Of a stretch of 64,000 bases of DNA, positions 1 to 8,993 are shown piece by piece; position 1 is the stretch's first letter; each line of letters starts with the position of its first letter. Both the position numbers and the translations under genes were made by a program. Source of the DNA: a bacterium. GTDB lineage: Bacteria > Verrucomicrobiota > Verrucomicrobiia > Limisphaerales > RI-55. The stretch spans positions 31,328 to 95,327 of the forward strand of contig JANLTG010000142.1 in the NCBI GenBank assembly GCA_031362805.1. The letters are read 5' to 3'. The notes under the pieces were generated by a model. That model ran no database searches, was not told where the DNA came from, and saw only the letters and a list, made by a program, of their open reading frames with translations.

Positions 1-292
1 ACTGATCGCTGAGCCAGAGTTCGCTTGTCGATTGTTCTCCAAACTGGTCGAGGAAGGCGCGGCTGGCGACGCCGCTGCCGCAGCCCCAGTCAAGGACGGT
101 TCCGCCGGGAGGCTGCCAACCCAGTTGCTGCAAGTCTGCGAGGACAAAATCCCACTTCCAGCCGATTCGTTGTGCAAACGTCGCGTCGTATTGCGCGAGA
201 TCAGAAAGGGATTGCCAGTAGTCACGCTTCCCCGCAGTGCCCGCCAGGAAACCAGCACGCAGCCGGCGAAGTGTTTTCCAGTCGGCGTCCAT
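1..292 (-). CDS. class I SAM-dependent methyltransferase (Rsm22-like layout), N-terminal part; the gene runs off the left edge of the window
   Basis: My own minus-strand translation from the ATG at 292 reads MDADWKTLRRLRAGFLAGTAGKRDYWQSLSDLAQYDATFAQRIGWKWDFVLADLQQLGWQPPGGTVLDWGCGSGVASRAFLDQFGEQ... and stays open to nt 1. LDWGCGSG is a SAM motif I. The start overlaps the stop of the upstream gene as ATGA. It is absent from the ORF track because it is truncated. Confidence 0.55.
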   Translation of the reverse strand, partial: MDADWKTLRRLRAGFLAGTAGKRDYWQSLSDLAQYDATFAQRIGWKWDFVLADLQQLGWQPPGGTVLDWGCGSGVASRAFLDQFGEQSTSELWLSDQ

Positions 293-1470
293 CACGGCGC
301 AGCTATTTCGTCCGACGCCAGGTGATCGAGTTGAAAGAATTCTTTCAGCGTGCGGATCTGATCATCCAATTTCGCGGCGTCCCCAGGTTGGTTCCGGCGA
401 ATGCCGGCGATCAACAGATTGCGCGGGGTGTGCTCGGAGGCAACGAACTCGATGACCTTCGTGGCATAGCCGGCTTGCTCCAGGCGCAGCGCCCGCAGGC
501 CGTCGGTGAGCCACTCACTGAGGCGTTCGGCAAGTATCCCCTGGGCGAGCAGCGGCGCGAGCGGACTTGGGCGCCCGAGTTGCGGCCGCAGCTCTTGATG
601 ACAGCACGGGGAAACAACAATCAGTTTCGCGCCCGCCTGCACGCCACGTTTGATCGCCTGATCGGTGGCGGTGTTGCAGGCGTGGAGGGCAATCAAGCCA
701 TCCAGTTTATCAAAACGGACCGAAGCGATATCGCCGGCCACGAAGCGCAGAGCATCCGCCTTGATGGCGCGGGCAAGGGACTCTGCTTTGTTCACCAGTT
801 CGCCGCGCGCTTCCACGCCGATTACTTCCGCCTGCAATCCCAATTGCTGAGTCAGCAGATGCCAGACACCAAAAGTCAGGTAGCCCTTCCCACAGCCCAT
901 GTCGGCAAGCGTGATAGGCAACCCGGGTTCCCAGGCGCAGTCCCGGGCGAGGTGGCTGAGAATCTCAAGGTAGCGTTCGAGTTGGCGATACTTGTCCGCC
1001 ATTGAGGTTTTGACGCCTCCGGATTCATCGCACAAGCCAAGCGCCTGCAACCACGGCTGGGCCGATTCATCCAGCACACCCGCCTTCTTGCGATCGTGGC
1101 CTCGCTGTGGAGCGTTGGCGGCTGGCCGGCGATGTGACACCAGTCGGGGTTTATTTCGGGAATTGATCGTGAACTGCCACTGCGATTCCGTCGTATCGAG
1201 CACGGCGCTGCGGAAGCGGCCAGCGAGTTGTTGTGTCAGCCAGCGTGAAGCGCCTTCGATCGGCAAGTTCTCGGTGATGTCGCGACGGGGTTCGCGAAGC
1301 GTGATCGAGAGAAACGGCTGCTCTTTGATTGCCACCAGTCGTCCTTCGATCCGCTCGATGGCCTGCGTGCGATCCGCAGGGGCCGAAACCAACAACCGCA
1401 CCAAGTTTCCGGCGCGCAAGGCCGCCGTTGTGTGGTTGATGAACGCTTCGACTGGCGACGGTTTGTTCAA
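292..1470 (-). CDS. SAM-dependent methyltransferase (Methyltransf_32-like, with an N-terminal domain of unknown function)
   Basis: 392-aa ORF with a glycine-rich SAM motif (LADMGCGKGYLTF), an acidic residue after beta-2 (VIGVEARGELV) and ALHACNTATD. It is tightly linked to the flanking genes on the same strand. Confidence 0.75.
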   Translation of the reverse strand: MNKPSPVEAFINHTTAALRAGNLVRLLVSAPADRTQAIERIEGRLVAIKEQPFLSITLREPRRDITENLPIEGASRWLTQQLAGRFRSAVLDTTESQWQFTINSRNKPRLVSHRRPAANAPQRGHDRKKAGVLDESAQPWLQALGLCDESGGVKTSMADKYRQLERYLEILSHLARDCAWEPGLPITLADMGCGKGYLTFGVWHLLTQQLGLQAEVIGVEARGELVNKAESLARAIKADALRFVAGDIASVRFDKLDGLIALHACNTATDQAIKRGVQAGAKLIVVSPCCHQELRPQLGRPSPLAPLLAQGILAERLSEWLTDGLRALRLEQAGYATKVIEFVASEHTPRNLLIAGIRRNQPGDAAKLDDQIRTLKEFFQLDHLASDEIAAP

Positions 1471-1479
1471 CGGGAGCGC

Positions 1480-1659
1480 CTACCAAACCGCCACGGAATC
1501 CGCGGCAAAGATTTTTTCGAGCACCGCACCATAGTCGGGTTCACTTCCGCGAAGATCCACCACTTCGATGCGAAGCTCGCTCTGGACGCGCAGAGCCGCG
1601 ATGACGGCTTCGGCCCGCGCATTGGCGGTGGCGGACATTATGTGGAGGATGGATCGCAT
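1480..1659 (-). CDS. small protein, possibly a shortened DsrH/TusB-like sulfur-relay subunit
   Basis: 59 codons, just under the ORF-track cutoff: MRSILHIMSATANARAEAVIAALRVQSELRIEVVDLRGSEPDYGAVLEKIFAADSVAVW*. The ATG lies 1 nt after the DsrF-like stop, and the stop lies 9 nt before the methyltransferase start. The position after DsrE/DsrF-like genes and the ..DY....W C-terminus resemble DsrH/TusB. That resemblance is from memory and is weak. Confidence 0.4.
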   Translation of the reverse strand: MRSILHIMSATANARAEAVIAALRVQSELRIEVVDLRGSEPDYGAVLEKIFAADSVAVW

Positions 1660-1660
1660 G

Positions 1661-2032
1661 TCAGAAGTTCATGACATAGTCGTGACTGGCGGCCAGCTTC
1701 GCCAGCCCGCCGTGATCAAGTTCTGGAAACGGCACCGCCGCGCGATGGGCCACCAGCCAGGGATGGCCGGACTCGACGTAAAGCTCTTGTTGATGCTCCG
1801 CCAAAGTCGGCAGGAACTCGATGATGTTATCCTCATCAACGAACCGGCCTTCGCCGGGCAACAGCCCGGTGATCGCGGCGCCGCCCACGAAAAGGGTCAC
1901 CGCCACTTTCTCCCAGGCGCCGATCCCGGCGGCGAGGCGGATGGCTTCGGCGAGGCGACCGCTTTGGACGGGGTCAGCGGTGACGATAATCAAGAGGCGC
2001 GTGCGAGATTGGGCGGCCGTGCTCATGGTCAA
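1661..2032 (-). CDS. DsrE/DsrF (TusC)-like sulfur relay family protein
   Basis: 123 aa. RLLIIVTADPVQSGRLAEAIRLAAGIGAWEKVAVTLFVGGAAI is the typical DsrE/F-fold N-terminus. It overlaps the upstream DsrE-like gene by 4 nt. Confidence 0.65.
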   Translation of the reverse strand: MTMSTAAQSRTRLLIIVTADPVQSGRLAEAIRLAAGIGAWEKVAVTLFVGGAAITGLLPGEGRFVDEDNIIEFLPTLAEHQQELYVESGHPWLVAHRAAVPFPELDHGGLAKLAASHDYVMNF

Positions 2033-2352
2033 TTGAAGCTCACGAAACGATCGGTCGCGGCGATCAAGTCGCTGGCGGTCGCGAGCCCCACCCAGGTGGC
2101 GCGGTCGTCGGTGACGAGGTTGCGTTTCTTGGCGCCCAAGGCGCAGGCGAACAAATGAAGGCCTCGTCGGCGAAGCGCCTGCAGCCGGACGTCTTCAATG
2201 CCGGGAACCGCCTCGTCGATCAGGTAAAAGTAGACACCGCATCCGCGGGTGAGGGCGGCCTCGGCGAGCTGCAGGCCGTGCGCAAAGTTCGGCTGAGTGG
2301 GTGCGCTGGAGATCAGCACGCCGAGTTTTTTGGCTGGAGCAACGGCGGGCAT
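2029..2352 (-). CDS. DsrE/TusD-like sulfur relay protein
   Basis: 107 aa. KKLGVLISSAPTQPNFAHGLQLAEAALTRGCGVYFYLIDEAV is followed by a conserved-position Cys (LFACALGAKKRNL), as in TusD/DsrE. Confidence 0.65.
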   Translation of the reverse strand: MPAVAPAKKLGVLISSAPTQPNFAHGLQLAEAALTRGCGVYFYLIDEAVPGIEDVRLQALRRRGLHLFACALGAKKRNLVTDDRATWVGLATASDLIAATDRFVSFN

Positions 2353-2392
2353 CCTGGGGTTCCAGTGGTTGGATCCGGCGGCAGCCGCCGGG

Positions 2393-2848
2393 TTAGCTCA
2401 CATTCAACACTTCGCGAATGGCTTCGACAAATTCCTGAGCCAGGTACGGTTTGCGGAGGAACCGATCGACCTTGACCGGTGAGCGATGCACGACTTCCTC
2501 CTGCACCGTGCCACTGACCAAGATGGATTTAAGATCCGGCTTGGCGCGCTTGCATTCGCCGACCAGCTGGAGGCCGTCCATGCCGAGCATCACATAGTCG
2601 GTGATGACCAGGTCGGGCCGGGGGTCGGCCGCCTGAAATGCGGCCAGCGCTTTCCGTGGCTCCTCGAATTTCTGGAAGCGATAGCCTTCCATCTCCAGAA
2701 TATATTCCGCCAGTTCCAGCAGGGTGGGTTCGTCGTCCACGACGTAAATCAGGACGGAGTCTTTGCTGCGGGGGGAGCTGACCGGCTGGTTCGAAGTGTC
2801 TGCCACGGTGGCGCGATTAACTCCGGAACCAATGGGTGAAGCAAGCAC
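2393..2848 (-). CDS. single-domain response regulator (CheY-like receiver)
   Basis: VLIYVVDDEPTLLEL... DLVITDYVMLGMDG ... ILVSG ... FLRKPY gives the canonical receiver acidic pocket, phospho-Asp and Lys. It is the first gene of the minus-strand cluster 2848-1. Confidence 0.85.
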   Translation of the reverse strand: MLASPIGSGVNRATVADTSNQPVSSPRSKDSVLIYVVDDEPTLLELAEYILEMEGYRFQKFEEPRKALAAFQAADPRPDLVITDYVMLGMDGLQLVGECKRAKPDLKSILVSGTVQEEVVHRSPVKVDRFLRKPYLAQEFVEAIREVLNVS

Positions 2849-3027
2849 ATTTGCGGCGCGGGCCTGCTTGTAATCACCGCTCGCACCGGCGGGCGATCAA
2901 CGGCAGATCGCTAATCAGAATGGAATCGGGCTCAACGAGCGGGGGTCGCGAATAGCGCGACGGAGCTCGTCATCGAACTGGAGTGTCGCGATGAGATCAG
3001 GCAAGCTTCCCGCGCAACCCAAGCATC

Positions 3028-4092
3028 ATGACGCCCGCTGAATTCCGCCTTTGCCATCCGGACGTGTTCTATTTGGAGCCGGGGGAACCCGGCCCGCTCG
3101 ACGCCTTCTTGCGTAAAGGTGGTGTGCTGGATGAGTCGGAAAAAATCCAGACGGCCGCGCGCGCTGGCGATGGCAACATGAACTGCACGGTTCGCGTCAC
3201 GACGGGCCGGCGCACACTCATTGTGAAGCAAGCGCGCCCGTGGGTGGAGAAGTATCCCCAGTTCGCCGCACCGTGGGACCGTGCCTGTCGCGAGGCGGAG
3301 TTTTATCAACTGACCGCCGGGCAGGCTCGGGTGGCGGACATGATGCCGCGCCTGATTTATTTCGATGCCGACGCCCGTGTGCTGGTGCTGGAAGATCTTG
3401 GTCACGCGAAGGATTATACCGGCGTCTACCGAGGCGAGGCGTTCACGAGCGAGGAACTTCGTTCACTGGGCGGCTATCTCTCGGCGCTGCATGGAGCGTT
3501 TGGTGAAGGCGCCGCTGATCGCCTGCTCACGAACCGCGAAATGCGCGCGCTGAATCACGCGCATATCTTTGTGATCCCGCTGGCCGAAAACAACGGGCTG
3601 GATCTCGACCAGATCACCCCGGGGCTCGCGGCGGTTGCCGGGCCGCTCAAGGCGGATGCTGCGTTTTGCGAAACGGTAAGCCGACTGGGTCGTGATGTGT
3701 ATCTCGCTGACGGACCGTGTCTGCTGCACGGCGATTTTTTCCCGGGAAGCTTCATTCGCACCGCTGCTGGTCCGCGCGTTATCGATCCCGAGTTTGGTTT
3801 CTTTGGCCGGCCGGAGCTTGATGTGGCCGTTTTCCTCGCGCACCTCTTGCTGGCCCATCAACCGCCCCACTTGCAGCGAGCCTTTCGACAGGATTACTTG
3901 CTGCCGGCTGGTTTCGAGGAAGAACTCATGCTGAAGTTGGTGGGTGTCGAGATCATGCGCCGATTGATTGGATACGCCCAGTTGCCCATCGGTTACGGTC
4001 TTGATCGCAAACGAGAGCTGCTGGAGCTTTCGCGAGACATGGTTCTCAATCCGCATCCGCAGTTGCTCCAGCTTTCAGCCCATTCATCATGA
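3028..4092 (+). CDS. APH-fold phosphotransferase, methylthioribose-kinase (MtnK)-like
   Basis: 354 aa with AGDGNMNCTVRV (MtnK-type GDGNxN loop) and the catalytic LLHGDFFPGSF motif. Confidence 0.7.
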   Translation: MTPAEFRLCHPDVFYLEPGEPGPLDAFLRKGGVLDESEKIQTAARAGDGNMNCTVRVTTGRRTLIVKQARPWVEKYPQFAAPWDRACREAEFYQLTAGQARVADMMPRLIYFDADARVLVLEDLGHAKDYTGVYRGEAFTSEELRSLGGYLSALHGAFGEGAADRLLTNREMRALNHAHIFVIPLAENNGLDLDQITPGLAAVAGPLKADAAFCETVSRLGRDVYLADGPCLLHGDFFPGSFIRTAAGPRVIDPEFGFFGRPELDVAVFLAHLLLAHQPPHLQRAFRQDYLLPAGFEEELMLKLVGVEIMRRLIGYAQLPIGYGLDRKRELLELSRDMVLNPHPQLLQLSAHSS

Positions 4093-5375
4093 ACCTACCG
4101 AGCCGACGACGATTCCTAGAAACTAGCGCCACGGTCCTGGCCCTCGCGCCGACGCTGGCGCGAGCGGCGACGTCGCCGCAGGTAGTCGATGCAAACGACC
4201 GCTCGTTGGGTCTGATCCTGGGTGGGGCGCTGGGCGATGCGCTGGGTGGCCCCATCGAGTTTCAGGCTCGTGAAGACGTGCAGCGGCTGACTGATCCGCC
4301 AAAGATCTGGCGCGACGGCGAGCTCCTCGACGCGACTGCGCGCGCCGCCACGGCCGGCCGCTTGCGACTTCGCTCTTACCGCGATCTCCGACCCGTGCCT
4401 GAATCCTACGGCAATTGGAATCCCAGCTCCGAGCCTGGCACCATCACCGACGACACCCGGCACAAGCTCGTTCTGCTGCACGGGTTGCACGAAGTCGAAC
4501 GCTCGAACCGCTGGCCGATGAGCGTGAAGGATCTCGCCCAATCCTACCTCGACTGGCCCAAGACGAAGGCGGTGGTCGACCGTGCCGGCTATCCCGAGCT
4601 CGCGGCGGACTGGCTCGAAGAATGGCAATTCGCCGCCCGCTGGGTGCTCGGTGGGCGCGACCATTCCCAGGCGCTGCCGCCCGAGCGCATGTGGCAAAGC
4701 CTGCCTACGTGCTGCGGGCAGATGACGCTCCTGCCCGTGGCCGCGATTTACGCTGGTGATCCCGACGCTGCGTATCGTGCCGCTTACAACCTCGCCTTCT
4801 TCGACAACGGCTTCGGCAAGGACCTGAACGCTGCGCTGGTGGCCGGGCTCGCGTCGGCGCTCACGACGCCGGTGGAGGTGAAGAATCCGCGCGCGGCCTG
4901 GGAATCGATTTTGAGCGCGATGCGGACGACTGACCCGCTGCGCTTCGGCAAGATTCGCTGGTCCGAGCGTCAGGTGGATCGCTGGCTGAACCTTGCGTTG
5001 AAGTTCGCCCGCGATGCGCAAGGTCAGCCCGCCCGGCTCTTCGCCGCCCTGGAGAAAGAGTTTGAACACACCACCAAGTGGGAAGCGCAGGTGCCGTTTG
5101 TCGTCGCTTTCGCGTGTCTTGAGATTGCCGACTACGATCCGTTGGCCGCGTTGCAGCTCAGCATGGAGTGGGGCCACGACACCGACTCGTACGCGCAACT
5201 CGTCGGCGCATTTGTCGGGGCGTTGTATGGGCCAAAGCTGTTTCCCGAGCCCTGGCGCGAAAAGGTTGTCAGCCGGCTGAAAGCGGATCACGGAGTTGAC
5301 CTCGGGGAGGAGAGCCGGTTCCTTGCGCTGTTGCACCGCCGAGCCACCAAACAAAAGTTGATCGCTGATCCGTGA
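4089..5375 (+). CDS. ADP-ribosylglycohydrolase family protein with a Tat signal peptide
   Basis: Twin-arginine N-terminus (SRRRFLETSATVLALAPTLARA), then the family signature LILGGALGDALGGPIEF and a C-terminal GHDTDSYAQLVGAFVGALYG. ATGA overlap with the upstream kinase gene. Confidence 0.8.
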   Translation: MNLPSRRRFLETSATVLALAPTLARAATSPQVVDANDRSLGLILGGALGDALGGPIEFQAREDVQRLTDPPKIWRDGELLDATARAATAGRLRLRSYRDLRPVPESYGNWNPSSEPGTITDDTRHKLVLLHGLHEVERSNRWPMSVKDLAQSYLDWPKTKAVVDRAGYPELAADWLEEWQFAARWVLGGRDHSQALPPERMWQSLPTCCGQMTLLPVAAIYAGDPDAAYRAAYNLAFFDNGFGKDLNAALVAGLASALTTPVEVKNPRAAWESILSAMRTTDPLRFGKIRWSERQVDRWLNLALKFARDAQGQPARLFAALEKEFEHTTKWEAQVPFVVAFACLEIADYDPLAALQLSMEWGHDTDSYAQLVGAFVGALYGPKLFPEPWREKVVSRLKADHGVDLGEESRFLALLHRRATKQKLIADP

Positions 5376-5555
5376 TTCGCGGAACCAGAGCGGAGTCCTC
5401 CCGAAGCCAACGAAGCGAGCCGTTGCTGATTCGGCGATGCCGGTTGTAGCTAAGGCCCATGGAGCTGACGAGCGGCGATCCAGCCTGAGCCTGGTGCTTG
5501 CCTCTGTGTTCCGTTCGTCGGCTTCCGCGAAATCCGACCGTCCTTCCTCGGAAAT

Positions 5556-6350
5556 TCAACTCCACTTCTGGTGCGGTGCCGTCAGCGCCCGGTCCAAGTG
5601 CGTATAGCCGCCATCCACAAAAATGATCTGTCCGGTTGTGTGCGAGGAGACCGGCGAGGCGAGGAAGACTACCATCGCCGCGAGTTCTTCCGGGGTGGTG
5701 AGCCGGTGACCCAGCGGCACGAGATTCTCGATCGCGGTGCGCGTGGCCACGGGATTGGGCAGCGAAGCGAACCAGCGCTGGTATTGATCCGTGTTGCACT
5801 CGGCGGGCAGCACCGCGTTGACGCGCACGCCGTCCATTGCGAGCGCCGCCGCCCATTCACGGGTCAAGGCGTTGATGCCTCCTTTCGCCGCTGCGTAACC
5901 CGAGGTCGAGCCCTGGCCGGTGATCGACACTTTCGAACCCAGATTAACGATTGAGCCTTTCGACTTCTTCAGGTGACCCAGCGCGAAGTGCGTCAGCGAA
6001 TACGCGGGAACGAGGTTGCGCTGAAGCGACGCGAGAAACTTTGCCGGCGGTTGATCGAGGGCCACAGCGTCGTTCACACCGGCGTTGTTCACCAGGACGT
6101 CGAGTCGGCCGAAGCATTCCACGGTTTCGTTCACCGCCTCGCGACAGATGGATTCGTCGGCCAGATCCCCTTGAAAGAACATCACCCGCCCGGCGGGGGC
6201 AGCGGCAACGAGGGCATCACCGGCCGCCTGGTCCAGATCGGCGATCGCCACGGCAGCGCCTTCTTCGAGGAAGAGTTTCGCACACGCCGCGCCGATGCCT
6301 TTCGCGCCGCCGCTGATAAGCACAACTTTGCCTTCGAGTCCCAGTTTCAT
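5556..6350 (-). CDS. SDR family oxidoreductase
   Basis: KVVLISGGAKGIGAA (TGxxxGIG), NNAG and YAAAK (YxxxK), 264 aa. Confidence 0.9.
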   Translation of the reverse strand: MKLGLEGKVVLISGGAKGIGAACAKLFLEEGAAVAIADLDQAAGDALVAAAPAGRVMFFQGDLADESICREAVNETVECFGRLDVLVNNAGVNDAVALDQPPAKFLASLQRNLVPAYSLTHFALGHLKKSKGSIVNLGSKVSITGQGSTSGYAAAKGGINALTREWAAALAMDGVRVNAVLPAECNTDQYQRWFASLPNPVATRTAIENLVPLGHRLTTPEELAAMVVFLASPVSSHTTGQIIFVDGGYTHLDRALTAPHQKWS

Positions 6351-6519
6351 GGTGGCCCGAAACTAATGGCGCCGCTCGCGAAGTGCGAGCGAAAGGAAAG
6401 GACAACAAGGTGCGGGGCGGTGTTGACGGCGCGCGGATCCGGGACGAGCCAGGGGGGGGGCAGCGCGAGCTTCGGGACTTCACCTTGACCATTTGGCCGG
6501 CGGCGCCTTCAATCTCGCC

Positions 6520-7875
6520 ATGCCCAAGACATTCCAGATTTCCCGTCGGTCCTTTATCAAACAAGCCAGTCTCACCGCCGCCGCCAGCGGATTGCCCCTC
6601 TGGTTTGTGGAGCACGACCTCGCGCGGGCGGCCGATCAGATAGTCGCCGCATCGACCTCGCCCAACAGCCGGCCCGGTCTGGCGCTGATTGGTTGCGGCG
6701 GTCAGGGAAGCGGTGATCTCGCTGGCGCCGCCAAGTTCGGCAATGTCATTGCCCTGAGTGATGCGAAGGAGAACGCGATGAAAAGCGTGGCCACCCGCTA
6801 CACGCAGGCTGGCAAGTCGCCCGCGCTGTTCAGCGACTTCCGAAAGATACTGGAGCGTAAGGACGTCGATATCATCGTCAACGGCACGCCTGACCATTGG
6901 CATTCCCTTATCAACATCGGAGCCGCGCGCGCGAAGAAGGATGTCTACGGCGAAAAGCCGCTCACGCTTACGATTGACGAGGGCAAGCATCTGATCAAGG
7001 CCGTGCGCGAACACAAGATCGTGTTCCAGACCGGCACGCAGCAGCGCAGCGACCGGCGTTTCCGACTGGCCTGCGAACTTGTCCGCAACGGGCGGATCGG
7101 AAAACTTCAGACCGTGGAAGTGTTTGTGCCGGCCGGCCTGCGTGAAGGCCCGTTCGCCACCGAGCAGGCGGTGCCCGAGGGCTTGAACTGGGACCTCTGG
7201 CTTGGCCAGGCACCGAAGGTCGGCTACCTGAAGGAGCGCGCGAACAACACGTTCCGATGGTGGTGGGATTACGCCGGCGGGCCGGTCACGGACTGGGGCG
7301 CCCATCACAACGACATCGCCCGCTGGGCCATCGGTCAGGACGGCCCCATCAGCGTCGAGTCCAAGGCGACCGTCGGTCCCATCGAGGGCGGCTTCACGAC
7401 CTGCAAAGAGTTTGAGGCGACCCTGGAATACGCCGGCGGCATCCGGCAAATCGTCCAGACGACGACGGCGGATAGCCCGTTCGGTGGCATCATCGATCCC
7501 AAAGGCCAGCGCAACGGTATCCGGTTCACCGGCACAGATGGCTGGCTCTGGGTGAACCGCGGCGATCTGAGCGCGCACAAGGAGGAAGTTTATATGACTC
7601 CGTTGCCCGCGGACGCCCTCAAACTCGAGGAGAGCAACAACCACATGGCCAATTTCTTTGACTGCGCGCAATCGCGCAAAGACCCGATAGCTCATGTCGA
7701 GAACGGCCATCGCTCCGCCGTCGTCGGCCATCTCATCATCATCGCCATGCACCTGGGCCGCAAACTTCAGTGGGACCCGGCCAAGGAAGTCTTCACGGGC
7801 GACGGCGCGAAGGAAGCCAACACCCATCTCGCTCGCGAAATGCGGAAGCCGTACGATTACAGCTACGTGGGCTGA
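6520..7875 (+). CDS. Gfo/Idh/MocA family oxidoreductase with a Tat signal
   Basis: Start chosen at MPKTFQISRRSFIKQASLTAAASGLP (twin-arginine signal) inside ORF 6493..7875. Rossmann GLALIGCGGQGSGD and the family EKP motif (YGEKPL) are present. Confidence 0.85.
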   Translation: MPKTFQISRRSFIKQASLTAAASGLPLWFVEHDLARAADQIVAASTSPNSRPGLALIGCGGQGSGDLAGAAKFGNVIALSDAKENAMKSVATRYTQAGKSPALFSDFRKILERKDVDIIVNGTPDHWHSLINIGAARAKKDVYGEKPLTLTIDEGKHLIKAVREHKIVFQTGTQQRSDRRFRLACELVRNGRIGKLQTVEVFVPAGLREGPFATEQAVPEGLNWDLWLGQAPKVGYLKERANNTFRWWWDYAGGPVTDWGAHHNDIARWAIGQDGPISVESKATVGPIEGGFTTCKEFEATLEYAGGIRQIVQTTTADSPFGGIIDPKGQRNGIRFTGTDGWLWVNRGDLSAHKEEVYMTPLPADALKLEESNNHMANFFDCAQSRKDPIAHVENGHRSAVVGHLIIIAMHLGRKLQWDPAKEVFTGDGAKEANTHLAREMRKPYDYSYVG

Positions 7876-7900
7876 GCAGAATCCTTTCGATTGAGAGTTC

Positions 7901-8353
7901 ATGAAACCCATCCACATTCCCTCCGAGAGCGGCCAGCAGTTGAACATCCTCGGCATCCCGATGCTCATCCGCCTCCACGGCCGCGATACGGGAGGCATAG
8001 TCAGCGTGGTCGAGTCACACGATGAGCCGGGTGGCGGCCCGCCGGCACACATCCATCACCGCGAGGACGAGACATTCCAGATCCTTGAGGGCGAATACGA
8101 GTGGACCGTTGGGGACAAGAATTTTGTTGCTCAGAAGGGCGCGACGGTTTTTGCGCCGCGCGGTATTCCGCATACCTACCGCTATCTCGGCCAGACGCCC
8201 GGCCGGCTCATGTGCATCATCACCCCGTCAGGCTTCGAGGGCTTCTTCGAGGAAATCGGCGCGCTGACTCCGCAGCAACAGCAGGACATCCCGCGCGTGA
8301 TGGAGATTGCGAAGAAATATGGGCTCGAGATCCTGCCGCCGCCGGGAGCGTGA
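7901..8353 (+). CDS. cupin domain protein
   Basis: 150 aa with the cupin metal motifs GGGPPAHIHHREDETF and GATVFAPRGIPHTY. Confidence 0.85.
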   Translation: MKPIHIPSESGQQLNILGIPMLIRLHGRDTGGIVSVVESHDEPGGGPPAHIHHREDETFQILEGEYEWTVGDKNFVAQKGATVFAPRGIPHTYRYLGQTPGRLMCIITPSGFEGFFEEIGALTPQQQQDIPRVMEIAKKYGLEILPPPGA

Positions 8354-8410
8354 ACGCAAACTGGCGTGAGGCCGGGGCTTGGATCCGACCCATGTCAGAT
8401 GCCACGAGGG

Positions 8411-8554
8411 GAAAAGTTTTTCCACCTTCGCCTTCACTGCTGCATCCATCTTGATCAACGGTGGCCAGGGGCGTTTGAAACCTTCGCCCGGGATTTTCTT
8501 CGTCGCGTCGAAGCCGAGTTTGTTGCCGCTGGCGATTTCGCTGTGCGGGGCATG
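8411..8554 (-). pseudogene. displaced 3'-end fragment (copy 3, most diverged) of the UbiD-family decarboxylase gene
   Basis: One frame of ORF 8228..8836 reads HAPHSEIASGNKLGFDATKKIPGEGFKRPWPPLIKMDAAVKAKVEKLF. This is homologous to the C-terminus of the intact gene at 10681..12252 (HATSEIAMGSKQGFDATKKLAGEGFKRPWPPLIKM). It has no start and no proper stop. At DNA level it resembles copy 2, especially over 8420-8543. Confidence 0.6.
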
Positions 8555-8561
8555 GCTGACT

Positions 8562-8993
8562 TCAACGCGCAATGGGGTTCTTCCATTTGAGTCCACGGAA
8601 GCGCGAGAAGTCGGCGTCGCTCGAGTGCAACACGCAGTTGTGCTCCACGGCGAGCGCGGCCAGGTGCGCGTCGGAGACCAGGTTGCCCACCGCATTCCCG
8701 CTGCGCAGCATTTGTTGAAAGATGCTCCAGTGCTGGTCCGTCGGTTGAAGGACGCGCACGCAGGATTGGTTGAACCAGCTCTGCACGCGCTCGGTGGCTT
8801 CCTTGAGCGTGAGCGGGCGCTGGTGGAGTCGCGCATTGGTGCCGATGCGGATGAAAGCGTTCAGCACCGGCCAGCACAAACCGACCGGCTCGGAACCACT
8901 CAGTTGGGCATCCCACCAGGTGCGAGACGCTTCGTGATGTTCAGACAAACTGTCCTCAGCGTAGAGCAGGAGATTCGCATCGACGAGGATCAT
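8562..8993 (-). CDS. vapC: type II toxin VapC (PIN-domain ribonuclease)
   Basis: MILVDANLLLYAED, SDAHLAALAVEH and SSDADFSRF give the PIN acidic residues. 143 aa, with a 4-nt overlap with the upstream antitoxin gene. Confidence 0.9.
   Translation of the reverse strand: MILVDANLLLYAEDSLSEHHEASRTWWDAQLSGSEPVGLCWPVLNAFIRIGTNARLHQRPLTLKEATERVQSWFNQSCVRVLQPTDQHWSIFQQMLRSGNAVGNLVSDAHLAALAVEHNCVLHSSDADFSRFRGLKWKNPIAR

Noticed and set aside
4116-5354. 412-aa minus-strand ORF, and many similar long ORFs: 25..1005+, 6217..8052-, 10801..11751+, 12692..13879+, 15405..16340+, 19566..20702+, 21281..22606+, 22811..24142+, 23808..24737-, 28389..29285-, 35179..36222+, 36268..37395+, 39304..40740+, 44683..45834+, 46023..46796+, 49861..50619-, 53005..53877+, 57644..58606+, 59920..60597-, 60643..62013-, 61940..62653-.
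   Set aside because: Each lies antisense to, or out of frame with, a gene that has clear family motifs. Their translations are Arg/Gly/Pro/Ala-rich low-complexity strings typical of shadow ORFs in GC-rich DNA.
5376-5555. Inverted 9-mers TTCGCGGAA / TTCCGCGAA about 140 nt apart between convergent genes.
   Set aside because: They are too short and too widely spaced to distinguish from chance without comparative data.
8228-8836. 202-aa ORF spanning the vapC region and the cupin gene end.
   Set aside because: Only its middle part (the ubiD tail homology) is meaningful. The rest overlaps vapC in another frame and runs antisense into the cupin gene, so I treat it as a pseudogene fragment rather than a gene.
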